Shown: positions 48,789 through 58,756, counted from the first letter of the stretch. The stretch is 64,000 bases of DNA from Chthoniobacteraceae bacterium (GCA_031409655.1 JANNXQ010000099.1:1-64000); one strand, 5' to 3'. Notes: a model not told the origin generated them from the sequence alone. Program-made: numbers and translations.

Positions 48789-50000
48789 ATGAAGGTGCTG
48801 CACGTCATCCCGTCGCTTTCGCACTCCCAGGGTGGGCCGAGCTTCGCCTTGCCGCTCATCGCGCGGAGTCTCATTCAGCGCGGCATCAAGGTGGACGTGG
48901 CCACGACCGACGACGACGGTCCCGGCAAGCGGATCGCCGTACCGCTCGGCGTCCCGGTGGAGAGGGATGGATTCTCGGTGCGGTATTTCAAAAAGCAGAC
49001 CCAGTTCTACAAGGTTTCGCTGCCTTTCAGCAGATGGATGCGGAAGCACGCGGGCGAATACGATGTCGTGCATATTCATGCCTTGTTTTCGTACACGAGC
49101 ATCAGCGCGGCGCGTGAGGCGCGACGGGCCGGGGTGCCCTACGTGGTGCGCCCGATTGGCGTGCTGAATCGGTGGGGGATGCGAAATCGGCGGCGGCTGA
49201 TCAAGGCCTTGTCGTTCCGATTCATCGAGGGGCCGATCCTGCGCCATGCGGCGGCCATTCATTACACAAGCCGGCAGGAACGGGTGGAGGCGGAGCAGGC
49301 CGGAGCGTCCGCGATGGCTGCGGTGATCCCGCTCGGAGTCTCGGTGCCGGGAGTCGGAGATCTGGATGCGGCGGAGCGATTTCGGGTGCGCTACCCGGAG
49401 ACCCGCGGGCGACGGGTGGTCCTCTTCCTCTCGCGATTGGATGTGAAAAAGGGGATCGAGTTATTGCTGCCGGCGTTTGCCGCAGTCCGGCAGGCACATC
49501 CCGATGCGGTGTTGGTGCTGGCCGGGGATGGCGACCAGGAATACGTCGAGGGACTGCGGAAAATGACGGTGGCGCTCAGCCTTGCGGAGTGTGTGGTGTG
49601 GGCGGGCTTTCTCGGCGGTGAGGAGAAGCGGGACGCCTTTGCCGCAGCGACGGTGTTTGTGCTCCCGTCTTATTCGGAGAATTTCGGGATCGCGCTGGTC
49701 GAGGCGCTGGCTGCTGGGTTGGCCAGCGTGACGACGGAGGGCGTGGCCGTGGCCGCCGACATCCGCGAGCACGAGGCCGGTCTCGTCGTGCCGTCCGAGA
49801 TCCAGCCCCTCCGCACCGCACTGGACGACCTTTTGCGCGACGCCGAGCTACGTACTCGCCTCGGAGCGAACGCTCGAAGGCTGGCGATTGAGCGATTCTC
49901 CCTCGACGCGATGAGCGCGGCCTTGGTCCGCCTTTACGAGAATAGTATCACCCGTCGCGTCGACGAAATCCAACCCGTACCCTCCTGTCTATGCCCGTAA
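48789..50000 (+). CDS. Glycosyltransferase family 4
   Basis: MKVLHVIPS..GGP, FLSRLDVKKG, FVLPSYSENFGIALVEALAAG. Confidence 0.92.
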   Translation: MKVLHVIPSLSHSQGGPSFALPLIARSLIQRGIKVDVATTDDDGPGKRIAVPLGVPVERDGFSVRYFKKQTQFYKVSLPFSRWMRKHAGEYDVVHIHALFSYTSISAAREARRAGVPYVVRPIGVLNRWGMRNRRRLIKALSFRFIEGPILRHAAAIHYTSRQERVEAEQAGASAMAAVIPLGVSVPGVGDLDAAERFRVRYPETRGRRVVLFLSRLDVKKGIELLLPAFAAVRQAHPDAVLVLAGDGDQEYVEGLRKMTVALSLAECVVWAGFLGGEEKRDAFAAATVFVLPSYSENFGIALVEALAAGLASVTTEGVAVAADIREHEAGLVVPSEIQPLRTALDDLLRDAELRTRLGANARRLAIERFSLDAMSAALVRLYENSITRRVDEIQPVPSCLCP

Positions 50001-51745
50001 TTCTTGGTATCAATGCCTTCCACGCCGATTCGGCGGCCTGTGTCGTCGTCGATGGTGAATTGAAAGCGGCCGTCGCCGAAGAGCGGTTGGGCGCACGGCA
50101 GAAGCACTGCCCGGATTTTCCCGCCAATGCCATCCGTGCCGTCCTGAAGATGGCCGGGGTGAGCTTGCGCGATGTGAGCCATGTGGCCATCGCGCGCGAT
50201 ACCAAGGCCAATATGGGTGCCAAGGCGGCCTATGTGCTTTCCAAACCGGTGAAGACCATGGCGGCGGTCTGGGAGCATCTCAGCCGGAGCAAGCGCACGA
50301 GCGATACCTTCACCCAGCTCGCGGAGATCTGTGGTGAGCCGGCGGCGCACGCGCGTTTTCAATTAGTACCGGTCGAGCACCATCTCGCACACATCGCCAG
50401 TGCTTACTACTTGTCGCCGTTCGAGTCGCTGACCGCAGGGCTTTCTTACGATGCATCGGGCGACTTTGTGAGCATGATGGCGGCCCGTTGTGAAGGCACG
50501 AAGATCGAAGTGCTCGATCGCGTCCACCTGCCGCACAGCCTTGGGTTCTTCTACACGGCGCTTTGCCAGTTCATCGGCTTCGATGAGTTTGGCGAGGAGT
50601 ATAAGGTGATGGGTCTCGCGCCATATGGTGAGGATCGCTTTCCCGAAATCATGCGGAAGATCGTGAAACTGCCAGCGGAAGGTTGGTTCGCGCTGGCGCG
50701 GGGATACTTTGGGATGCACGAGGGCGGGCAGAGTGGGGCGCTGGATGAACGCGGGCATCTCGTCGCCGGGCGGATGTTCACGGACAGACTCGTCGCCGAA
50801 CTCGGACAGGCCCGGAAGCGTGCTGAGCCGCTCACGCAGCGGGAGAAGGACATCGCCCGCTCCTGCCAGGTGCGCTTTGAAGAGGCGGCAGTGCATTGCT
50901 TGAAGCGCTTGCATTCGCGGGTGCCGACCGAGCGGTTCGTGATGGCCGGCGGTTGCGCGCTCAACGGTGTAGCCAATGCCCGCATCCTGCGCGATACGCC
51001 ATTCAAGACCCCATACCTGCAATCCGCCTCTTCTGACGACGGCACCTGCCTGGGCGCGGCGTATTGGTGCTACCACAATGTCTGCGGCGGCACGCAGCGC
51101 TTTCACATGCGGCATGCCTACTGGGGGCCGGAGTATTCGGACGCCGACCTGAGCGCCGCCGCAGGCAAGAGCGGCCTGCCCGTCGAACGCCTCACTGGTG
51201 ACGAGCGGGCAGATCGTGTGACCGATCTGCTCCGTGAGGGCAAAGTGGTGGGGTGGTACCAAGGCCGCAGCGAGTGGGGGCCACGGGCGCTCGGGAATCG
51301 GTCCATCCTCGCCGATCCAACGCATCCGGACATGAAGGAGATCATCAACGCCAAGATCAAACGCCGCGAATCCTTCCGCCCCTTCGCCCCGAGCGTCCTG
51401 GCGGAAAAGGCGGGCGATTACTTCGAGCAGAGCGTGATGAGCCCTTTCATGATGCATGTGGTCAAATTTCGTCCCGAATGGCGGACGCGGCTGCCAGCGG
51501 TGGTGCATGTCGATGGCACCGGACGGCTTCAGACCGTCAGCGCGGACGAGAATCCTGCCTACCACGGGCTCATCCAGCGATTTAGCGAGAAGTCGGGCGT
51601 CGGCATCGTGCTCAACACCAGCTTCAACGAGAACGAACCCATCGTGGATACTCCGCAGCAGGCGCTCGATTGCTTCCTGCGGACCGATATGGACGCCCTC
51701 TGTCTGGGAGAATATCTCATGGTGAAGCCTGCCGGTGGTCCTTGA
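49991..51745 (+). CDS. Carbamoyltransferase (NodU/CmcH family)
   Basis: HADSAA, AEERL, HHLAH..SAY, EYKVMGLAPYG, GPRALGNRSIL, KRRESFRPFAP, HVDGTGRLQ, LNTSFN. Confidence 0.93.
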   Translation: MPVILGINAFHADSAACVVVDGELKAAVAEERLGARQKHCPDFPANAIRAVLKMAGVSLRDVSHVAIARDTKANMGAKAAYVLSKPVKTMAAVWEHLSRSKRTSDTFTQLAEICGEPAAHARFQLVPVEHHLAHIASAYYLSPFESLTAGLSYDASGDFVSMMAARCEGTKIEVLDRVHLPHSLGFFYTALCQFIGFDEFGEEYKVMGLAPYGEDRFPEIMRKIVKLPAEGWFALARGYFGMHEGGQSGALDERGHLVAGRMFTDRLVAELGQARKRAEPLTQREKDIARSCQVRFEEAAVHCLKRLHSRVPTERFVMAGGCALNGVANARILRDTPFKTPYLQSASSDDGTCLGAAYWCYHNVCGGTQRFHMRHAYWGPEYSDADLSAAAGKSGLPVERLTGDERADRVTDLLREGKVVGWYQGRSEWGPRALGNRSILADPTHPDMKEIINAKIKRRESFRPFAPSVLAEKAGDYFEQSVMSPFMMHVVKFRPEWRTRLPAVVHVDGTGRLQTVSADENPAYHGLIQRFSEKSGVGIVLNTSFNENEPIVDTPQQALDCFLRTDMDALCLGEYLMVKPAGGP

Positions 51746-52277
51746 TGGCAATGATCCTGGAACGAAGGCGACCAGCGATTGCCGGAGAATCCGCAGGTTG
51801 GCTCATCGGCTCGGATGATGTTTTTTGCCGGCAGACCCCAGCCGTCATTCCCCGCATTGCCACCGGCTTCCTGGCTTGGGAGCGCGGGAAACTACTCTCG
51901 GTGTATGGCGCGTTCCGAGCACCGCAGCGCCCCCTGCGCGGTAGCGCTATCCCGGCAGATGGGCCGCCTGGCAAGCCCTTTGGCATGGCGCTCGGAGCGC
52001 GCCATCCACCAGAGTTCGCGCCGTAGCTTCGCCATTTGATGCGATAGGTGCCGGATACTCGGATATTCGGCTTGCTGAATTTAACGATTTCGACTTACCT
52101 ACTCCCCGAAATGCGGGGCACCTCTCGACGCTTTCCTCCGCCCGCCGACGCTTTAGAACTATGTTTTCGTTTCCTTTCAACGCAGTTCCCCCAAGCTTGC
52201 AGCCGCGGGAACAAACGGCGCGTGATGTCGGCGCACCTGTCCGTTTTAAAGGGTAACGCCCTCCAAACAACCGCTCA

Positions 52278-53168
52278 ATGAACGTCTCCGTCCTGATTCC
52301 GGCTCGAAACGAGGTCAGTAATATTGCTGACTGTCTGGAGTCTGTGGCCTGGAGCGATGATGTGGTCGTCGTGGATTCCAGTTCCACCGATGGCACCGTG
52401 GAACTGGCCCAGCGGCACGGAGCCAAGGTCGTGAATTTTTCCTGGAACCGACACTTCCCAAAAAAGAAGAATTGGGCTCTGGAGAATGTGCCGTGGAAGA
52501 ACGAATGGGTGCTGATTCTCGATGCGGACGAGCGGATTACGCCGGAGTTGGGCCAGGAAATCCTCCGCAAGGCCGCCGCTCCCGATGCGGATGGCTACTT
52601 CATCAATCGGCGCTTCATGTTCATGGGCCGATGGATTCGGCACTGCGGATACTATCCGAGTTGGAACCTGCGCCTCTTTCGCCACCGGCTCGGGCGGTAT
52701 GAAAAGCTGCACAAGGCCGACACCGGCTCGGGTGACAATGAAGTTCATGAGCATGTCGAGTTGACCGGGGCCGCGGCTTACCTTGAGCACGACATGCTGC
52801 ATTACGCTTATCCCGACATCAGCACGTGGATCGAGAAGCACAACCGATACTCGAACTGGGAGGCCAAAGTGGAGGTTGAGACGAGCGAAAAATCCGCGGA
52901 ATCAAACATCGGCGGACACCTGGCCGGTCGGCGCCGGATGCGCGAATGGTCGCGCCGGATGCCGTGCCGCCCGCTGCTCCGGTTCCTCTACAGCTACGTG
53001 TTCAAACGGGGATTTCTGGACGGCCGCGAAGGGTTTATGTTCTGCCGTCTGCTCGCCACCTACGAAATGTTCAGCGTCTTCAAGGCGCACGAACTGCGCA
53101 ACCGCTTGCGTCCAGGCAACAAGCAGCCCGGCGCAGCGGGATTGCCGCTTGCACTGCCAGGAAAATAG
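52278..53168 (+). CDS. Glycosyltransferase family 2
   Basis: SVLIPARNE, VVDSSSTDGT, WVLILDADE, EVHEH, KHNRYS, GFLDG. Confidence 0.92.
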   Translation: MNVSVLIPARNEVSNIADCLESVAWSDDVVVVDSSSTDGTVELAQRHGAKVVNFSWNRHFPKKKNWALENVPWKNEWVLILDADERITPELGQEILRKAAAPDADGYFINRRFMFMGRWIRHCGYYPSWNLRLFRHRLGRYEKLHKADTGSGDNEVHEHVELTGAAAYLEHDMLHYAYPDISTWIEKHNRYSNWEAKVEVETSEKSAESNIGGHLAGRRRMREWSRRMPCRPLLRFLYSYVFKRGFLDGREGFMFCRLLATYEMFSVFKAHELRNRLRPGNKQPGAAGLPLALPGK

Positions 53169-53283
53169 GCTTCCGCCGTGGCACCACTGGACCGTCCACG
53201 GGCGTCAGGAAAGGGATCAAAAGTGGCGAGTGCGTGCGGCGCGCCCGGCTGCGAAATCTGAGCACACACCAACAACCAACTTC

Positions 53284-55224
53284 ATGAGCTTCGAGAGTGT
53301 CATTAAGTATCTGGTGGTCTTCGGCGCGGCTCTGGCGACGGCGCTGCTGGCCACTCCGCTCGTGATCCGGCTGGCGATGCGGCTCGGGATGGTCGATCAG
53401 CCGGACGCCCGCCGGGTGCATACGCGGCCCACGCCCCGGGGCGGAGGGCTGGCCGTGGTGCTGGCCTTTCACGTGGCTTGCGCGGTGATCTTCCTGCCGC
53501 CGTGGGCTCAATTCTCCGGTCGCCTCACGGAGCAATGGTGGCTGAATTTTCTCGTCCTCTCGGGCGGCCTGACGGTCGTCGGTTTTCTCGATGACTTCCT
53601 CTCGCTGCGCGCGTCGGTCAAGCTCTGTGGGCAGATCGCGGTCGCGGTGGGAGCCTGGTTCCTCGACTTCCGCGTCGGGTCGATGTTTGGGGTGAATCTG
53701 CCGGATTGGGTGGACCTGCTCCTGACGGTGTTCTGGTTCGTCGCGCTGATGAACGCCTTCAACCTCATCGATGGCATGGACGGCGTCGCGGCCGGGCTCG
53801 GCAGCATCGCATCCGCGGCGCTGATCGGATCGTTTTTGCTCCGCGGTCAGCCCGCAGACTGTCTCGTGACGCTCGGCCTCCTCGGCGCGTGCCTCGGCTT
53901 TCTGCAATACAACTTCCATCCCGCCCGGGTCTTCCTCGGCGATACCGGGAGCATGTTCATCGGCTTCACCCTGGCGGCGATCTCGCTCAGCACCTACACG
54001 AAGGGCACTGCTTTCACCGCCCTCGCCGTGCCGGCCTTGGTCGTCGGGGTGCCGCTCTTCGATACCTTCCTCGCGGTGTGGCGCCGGACGGCCCGGAAGA
54101 TCCTCGGTCACGCCGACAAGCGGAAAGGCGCGGGCAAAGATGGCGGTGTCTTCGGCGCAGATAAGGATCATCTGCACCATCGGCTGCACGCGACGGGACG
54201 GTCGCAGAAGAAAGTGGCGCTGCTGCTCTACGTGGCGGCGCTGACGCTCGCGGCGGTGGGGCTGCTCGCGCAGATTTTTCATGATCTGGCGGGCGGCATC
54301 TACCTCCTCGCCTTCGTCGCCGGCACTTTCGTGATCGTCCGGCATGTCGCGCATGTGGAGCTTTGGGACAGCGCCTCGGCCCTGGTGCATGGACTTTCCC
54401 GTCCGCTGCGCCGGGAAGTCGTCGTGCCGCTCTACATCGCCGGGGATCTGGCGATCCTGGTCTTCTCGCAATTCCTCGCGCACGTGATCATTCGCGGCAG
54501 CGTCGGCAGCGGTGCCTTGCGGCAGGGGATTGTCCAAGACATCGGCTTCCAGGTGGCCATCCCCTTTGTCGCCGTGGCACTCGCCGGGATGTATCGGCGC
54601 ATCTGGAGTCGCGCGCGGCTCATGGATTTCCTCTCTCTGGCGACGGCGCTCTGTGGGGGGCTTGCCGTCGGGTTTGCGATTGTGAGCATGGTCGAGACGG
54701 AACTCACCAAGCTGCGCCTGCTCGAGACGGCGATTCAGGGTGGCTTTGCCCTCGCGCTCATGGCCGGTTTGCGGCTCTTCCGCCGCATCGCGGCGGACGT
54801 GCGCGGCAGCGTGATGGCCCGCGGGCTGACCACGACCAAGGATCTCCAGCGCGCGCTCATCTACGGGGCCGGGCACACCGGGTTACTCTTTCTGCATGCC
54901 GAAGGCGATGCCGCTCCGGGGAGCGGGCGAGGCTATCGCGTCGTGGGCTTCCTCGACGACGACACGAACATCCACGGGCGCATCATGCACGGCTTCCCGG
55001 TGCTCGGTGGCCGCGAGAATCTCTCCACGCTGCTGCCCTCCACGGCGGCGGATCTGGTCATCGTCGCGGCGCGACTCCAGCCCGAGTCCCTCTGCGCGTT
55101 GCTTGCTGCCGCCGGCGCCTGTGGCGCGCGCGTCCTCGAATGGCGCACCGGCCTCGAAGACATCAGCGAACCGTGGCCCGGAAAATCCGAGCGCGATCTC
55201 GCCAGCCGCACCCATCCCGCCTGA
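53284..55224 (+). CDS. WecA/MraY-family phospho-sugar transferase with C-terminal membrane + Rossmann-like extension
   Basis: PTPRGGG, GFLDD, NAFNLIDGMDG, NFHPARVFLGDTG, DKDHLHH; extension ALIYGAG..G, VVGFLDDD. Confidence 0.88.
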   Translation: MSFESVIKYLVVFGAALATALLATPLVIRLAMRLGMVDQPDARRVHTRPTPRGGGLAVVLAFHVACAVIFLPPWAQFSGRLTEQWWLNFLVLSGGLTVVGFLDDFLSLRASVKLCGQIAVAVGAWFLDFRVGSMFGVNLPDWVDLLLTVFWFVALMNAFNLIDGMDGVAAGLGSIASAALIGSFLLRGQPADCLVTLGLLGACLGFLQYNFHPARVFLGDTGSMFIGFTLAAISLSTYTKGTAFTALAVPALVVGVPLFDTFLAVWRRTARKILGHADKRKGAGKDGGVFGADKDHLHHRLHATGRSQKKVALLLYVAALTLAAVGLLAQIFHDLAGGIYLLAFVAGTFVIVRHVAHVELWDSASALVHGLSRPLRREVVVPLYIAGDLAILVFSQFLAHVIIRGSVGSGALRQGIVQDIGFQVAIPFVAVALAGMYRRIWSRARLMDFLSLATALCGGLAVGFAIVSMVETELTKLRLLETAIQGGFALALMAGLRLFRRIAADVRGSVMARGLTTTKDLQRALIYGAGHTGLLFLHAEGDAAPGSGRGYRVVGFLDDDTNIHGRIMHGFPVLGGRENLSTLLPSTAADLVIVAARLQPESLCALLAAAGACGARVLEWRTGLEDISEPWPGKSERDLASRTHPA

Positions 55225-55249
55225 GGGAACCTCCACTCCCGTCCGCCCG

Positions 55250-55282
55250 AAACGCCCTGCACCCGCAGGGCGTTTTTTGTTT
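55250..55282 (+). terminator. Rho-independent terminator ending the EPS locus
   Basis: aaacgccctgc-accc-gcagggcgttt followed by tttgttt. Confidence 0.8.
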
Positions 55283-55366
55283 CGGGGCTCGTGCGGCGGA
55301 GGCATCGATCTCGGCTGCAGTCCGCCAGGCTCCACGAAAATGCCTCCACGCCGGGTCAGAAAAAAA

Positions 55367-55460
55367 CCGCCAGAGAGCTACGACAAGGAGAGTCAAACTG
55401 CCGTTGCTGCCTTCCGGCCCTGGCGGGGTTCATCTGCTCTCAATCCATAGTCCCTGACGG
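55367..55460 (-). ncRNA. ffs: Small bacterial SRP RNA (4.5S)
   Basis: Minus strand GAACCCCGCCAGGGCCGGAAGGCAGCAACGG matches the SRP domain IV motif; ends CCGTCAGGGA / TCTCTGGCGG pair; followed by a T7 tract. Confidence 0.9.
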
Positions 55461-55467
55461 AGGTGTG

Positions 55468-55495
55468 AGTATGGGCCCGCCACGGACGATGACAA
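55468..55495 (-). promoter_or_regulatory. Sigma70-type promoter for ffs
   Basis: TTGTCA-16 nt-CATACT on the minus strand, 7 nt before the SRP stem. Confidence 0.6.
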
Positions 55496-55629
55496 ATAAT
55501 TTGTTAGGCAATTTCCATTTAACCGCTTGCATTGATTTTTTTGTTGGCGCAAAAACCTCCGCCCCAATCTTGCGGCTGGATTTTCCTCCGCTTCCCCTCT
55601 AACCTTACAGCAACCAGCGTCACCCATTT

Positions 55630-56424
55630 ATGGCCAAAGTTTTCCTCGGACTAGCGATTGCCTTGATGATTGCCACCGCAGTCGTCGGATTCCTCGCGAA
55701 AGGCAACATCGACACGATCCAAGGAAACCTCAAGGACACGAAGTCAACCTTGGCGACCACGACCTCGACTCTCAAGAAAACCGAAGGCTCGCTGAAGGCG
55801 ACCCAGGAGGAACTAGCGGTGGCGAAGACGGCGCTGGACGAGGAGAAAGCGGCCGTTGCGAAGGCCAAGGCGGACTTGGAAGACGCCGTGAAAAAGGCCA
55901 CCGAGGCGGCGGTTTTGGTGGAGGCGAAGACCAAGGAAATGGCTGATCTCCAGGCGAAGATCGCCGCGATGTCTGATGGCGATAAGGGCATCCCGATAGA
56001 ACAGTTCAAAGTGGAAATGGACAAGGTGCGGGCCGAATTGGAAAAGGCACAGATTCAACTCACAGAGTCCGAGCAAATCCAAAAGACGCTCAATGCGCGG
56101 GTGAAAGAGACCGAGGAAAAATTTAACGGGCTGAATAGCGAGGTGAACCGGTATCGCGCGAATGTCGCGAAGAACGGTCTCTCCGGTCGGATCATGGCTG
56201 TGAACCCTGGCTGGAATTTCGTGGTGCTGAGCGTGGGCGACAAGCAGGGCGCGGCAGTCGGCGCAAATATGCTCGTCCTCCGGGGCGGTGAGCCAATCGG
56301 GAAAGCGAAGATCACTTCCGTGGAGCCATCGACCTCGATTGCCGACATCATTCCCGGATCGGTGCGGGCGGGGATCACGGTGCAAGCTGGAGACAGCGTC
56401 GTGTACGAAGGCCAGCGGAAGTAG
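55630..56424 (+). CDS. Membrane-anchored coiled-coil protein with C-terminal beta domain
   Basis: N-terminal TM helix, long K/E/A heptad region, C-terminal VNPGWNFVVLSVGDKQG beta-rich domain. Confidence 0.8.
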   Translation: MAKVFLGLAIALMIATAVVGFLAKGNIDTIQGNLKDTKSTLATTTSTLKKTEGSLKATQEELAVAKTALDEEKAAVAKAKADLEDAVKKATEAAVLVEAKTKEMADLQAKIAAMSDGDKGIPIEQFKVEMDKVRAELEKAQIQLTESEQIQKTLNARVKETEEKFNGLNSEVNRYRANVAKNGLSGRIMAVNPGWNFVVLSVGDKQGAAVGANMLVLRGGEPIGKAKITSVEPSTSIADIIPGSVRAGITVQAGDSVVYEGQRK

Positions 56425-56431
56425 CCTTCGC

Positions 56432-56599
56432 ATGAAGCGATTTCTCGCGCTGCTCCTGCTCGTTGGTACCAGCATTTTCCTGCCGGGCTGCGCGAGCACG
56501 GAGCCGGAAGATCCGAACCGGGTGAGCACGATCCCGTGGAACCGTCCGGAGAAGTGGGAGGGTCAGGGCCCGCTCGGCGGATTCGCGCCGAATCAGTAG
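56432..56599 (+). CDS. Small lipoprotein (55 aa)
   Basis: MKRFLALLLLVGTSIFLPG-C lipobox; mature part contains IPWNRPEKWEG. Confidence 0.75.
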   Translation: MKRFLALLLLVGTSIFLPGCASTEPEDPNRVSTIPWNRPEKWEGQGPLGGFAPNQ

Positions 56600-56638
56600 T
56601 TGCCGTCGCTTTCGTTCGCGGATTTCTCCTCCGCTCCG

Positions 56639-57562
56639 GTGAAGCCGCGCATCCTGATCATTCGCGGCGGGGCAATCGGTGACTTCATCCTCACGCTCCC
56701 GGCGATCCGGCTCATCCGGGAGGCCTTCCCCGCGGCGCACCTCGAAATCCTTGGCTACCGGCACATCGTGGCTGTGGCCGAGGGCCGCTACTACGCGGAC
56801 GCGGCGCGCTCCATCGAGTACAGCGCCATGGCCGCATTCTTTGTCCCGCGTTCCGACCTGGCAGCGGACTTGGTGGAATACTTCGCCAGCTTTCAGCAGG
56901 TCATCAGTTACCTCTATGACCCGAGCAAGTTCTTCGAGGGAAACCTCCGCCGCGCGGGCGTGAAGAACTTCCTCAGCGCCTTTGCCAGGATCGACGACAC
57001 CGCGCACGCGGCCCAGCAACTCGCCCGTCCCCTCGACCGCCTCGCGCTCTACCTCGAGAGCCATGCGGCGGTCGTTTTTCCGACCGACGACGATCGCGCG
57101 ATGGCGGCGCGGGAACTCGCGGATGTCGATCAACCCACCATCGCCATCCACCCCGGGAGCGGGAGTGCGCGGAAAAATTGGCCGATTGCGAACTGGCGTG
57201 CTCTCGGTCAGCAACTCATGGATCGCCACCCGCGACCGCGGCTGATGCTGGTCGGCGGCGAGGCGGACCGTCCGCAACTTGCCGAACTCGCCACCGCCTG
57301 GCAGGCCGGCCATCCCATCCTTGCCTGCGATCTCCCTTTGCCGGAACTCGCCGCGCGCCTCGAGCGTTGTGCGCTCTTCCTCGGGCACGACAGCGGCGTC
57401 TCCCACCTGGCGGCGGCCGTCGGCACCCCGTGCGTTCTGCTCTTCGGGCCGACCGACCCGGCGATCTGGGCTCCGGCAAATGCGAACGTCACGGTTGTCG
57501 TCGCGCCGGATGGCGACTTGGAGCAGCTCTCCGTCGAGCAGGTCAAAGCGGTGCTCCCGTGA
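56639..57562 (+). CDS. Glycosyltransferase family 9 (heptosyltransferase-like)
   Basis: IRGGAIGDFIL, IHPGSGS..KNWP, LGHDSGVSHLAAA, LFGPTDP. Confidence 0.9.
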   Translation: MKPRILIIRGGAIGDFILTLPAIRLIREAFPAAHLEILGYRHIVAVAEGRYYADAARSIEYSAMAAFFVPRSDLAADLVEYFASFQQVISYLYDPSKFFEGNLRRAGVKNFLSAFARIDDTAHAAQQLARPLDRLALYLESHAAVVFPTDDDRAMAARELADVDQPTIAIHPGSGSARKNWPIANWRALGQQLMDRHPRPRLMLVGGEADRPQLAELATAWQAGHPILACDLPLPELAARLERCALFLGHDSGVSHLAAAVGTPCVLLFGPTDPAIWAPANANVTVVVAPDGDLEQLSVEQVKAVLP

Positions 57563-57628
57563 CGATCCGCGCACCGCGGCAGAAATCATTTGCCGGTGCG
57601 CACGGCGTCCGCTACCTCTCCCGCCCCT

Positions 57629-57931
57629 ATGACTGAAGAAACCAAACCCGCTCCCCCGACCATCGACGCTTCGAACCTCAAGACCGTCTATGCCAATGTC
57701 TGCCGCATCGCCCAGACGCCGAATGAAGTCATCGTGGACTTCGGAATGAACCCCAACTTTTTCGGCAACATCCTCGATGAACCGCTGAAGCTCGAGAATC
57801 GCGTGATCATGTCGCACGACGCCGCCAAGCGCCTCTGCATCCACCTCACGGCCACGATCCAGGCCTTTGAGGCAAAGTATGGCCCCGTCGAGCTCGACGT
57901 GACCAAGCGCCTCAAGCAGCAGGCGCAATAG
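57629..57931 (+). CDS. DUF3467-like small protein
   Basis: VYANVCRI..TPNEVIVDFG...RVIMS..AAKRL......FE.KYG. Confidence 0.8.
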   Translation: MTEETKPAPPTIDASNLKTVYANVCRIAQTPNEVIVDFGMNPNFFGNILDEPLKLENRVIMSHDAAKRLCIHLTATIQAFEAKYGPVELDVTKRLKQQAQ

Positions 57932-58038
57932 CCGCGAGGGGAAATCCCCGCGCTCGATTTTTCCAAGAAGCCCCAAGCTGGGAGGCGTGCCTGAGATCCG
58001 GGCGCCCTTTGAGCTTGGGGTTTTCTTTGCCCCGATCG

Positions 58039-58746
58039 CTATTTCTCGAGGCCGTCCACTTCCAGATACGTCGGCGCGCGATCTTCCCGGCCGCTCCGCG
58101 TCGCCTCCATCCCCTCGATGCGCATTTGCTTCAGCAGCCACGCCCCGTCGATCTTCTGCGGGGAGATGACCTTGAAGCGGCGCGCGAGTTTGCCGTCGTG
58201 GCCATAGGCCTCCGCTTGCATCAGCGCGCCCGTCTCCTTGTCGATCCAAAGCACAGCCTTGCTGTATTGCGAATCACTTTTCGCCGGCGGCTCGGTGCGG
58301 ATGATCCAGCATTTGCGCAGGATCATGATCTGGTCGCCCTCGACGGTGGCCTTCGTCCAGTAGAGAAATTTCATCGCGAGATCCTCGTAGGTGATGTCGC
58401 TGTCGCGCACCTTGTCGTCAAAGCGCGCCGCCGTGACCTTCTTCGTGGCCCCGCCGACGATCTCCTCGAGGCGCGATTCTTTCTCGAGCAACCGCAACTG
58501 AATCACCTGCGCCGGGTCGGAAAATTCCCAGCGCAGCGTCCCATTCTCCGCGAGGAGCCGGAAGGGGATGGACTTCCCAGCCGTCCGCAGCCGTCCCCGG
58601 ATCACCTGCTTTTGCGCGGTCTGCGCGGAGCGCACGCCTCCGAGGATGGCCCGCGCGTCGGGCGTCTCGGCAGCGCCCGCCGCACCGCTCCAGCAAAGGA
58701 GCGCGGCCAGGGCCAATCGTGTCTTTACATGAAATGTCGTCGCCAT
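58039..58746 (-). CDS. Outer-membrane lipoprotein-sorting (LolA-like) protein
   Basis: Signal peptide; DSDITYEDL, YSKAVLWIDKE...EAY...GKL.R motifs. Confidence 0.75.
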   Translation of the reverse strand: MATTFHVKTRLALAALLCWSGAAGAAETPDARAILGGVRSAQTAQKQVIRGRLRTAGKSIPFRLLAENGTLRWEFSDPAQVIQLRLLEKESRLEEIVGGATKKVTAARFDDKVRDSDITYEDLAMKFLYWTKATVEGDQIMILRKCWIIRTEPPAKSDSQYSKAVLWIDKETGALMQAEAYGHDGKLARRFKVISPQKIDGAWLLKQMRIEGMEATRSGREDRAPTYLEVDGLEK

Positions 58747-58756
58747 AGGGTCGGAG

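Noticed and set aside
51936..51950. GCGGTAGC ops/JUMPstart-like motif in the 51746-52277 gap
   Set aside because: Only a partial match to GGCGGTAGnnTG, far from the locus start, and no RfaH/UpxY gene is in the window.
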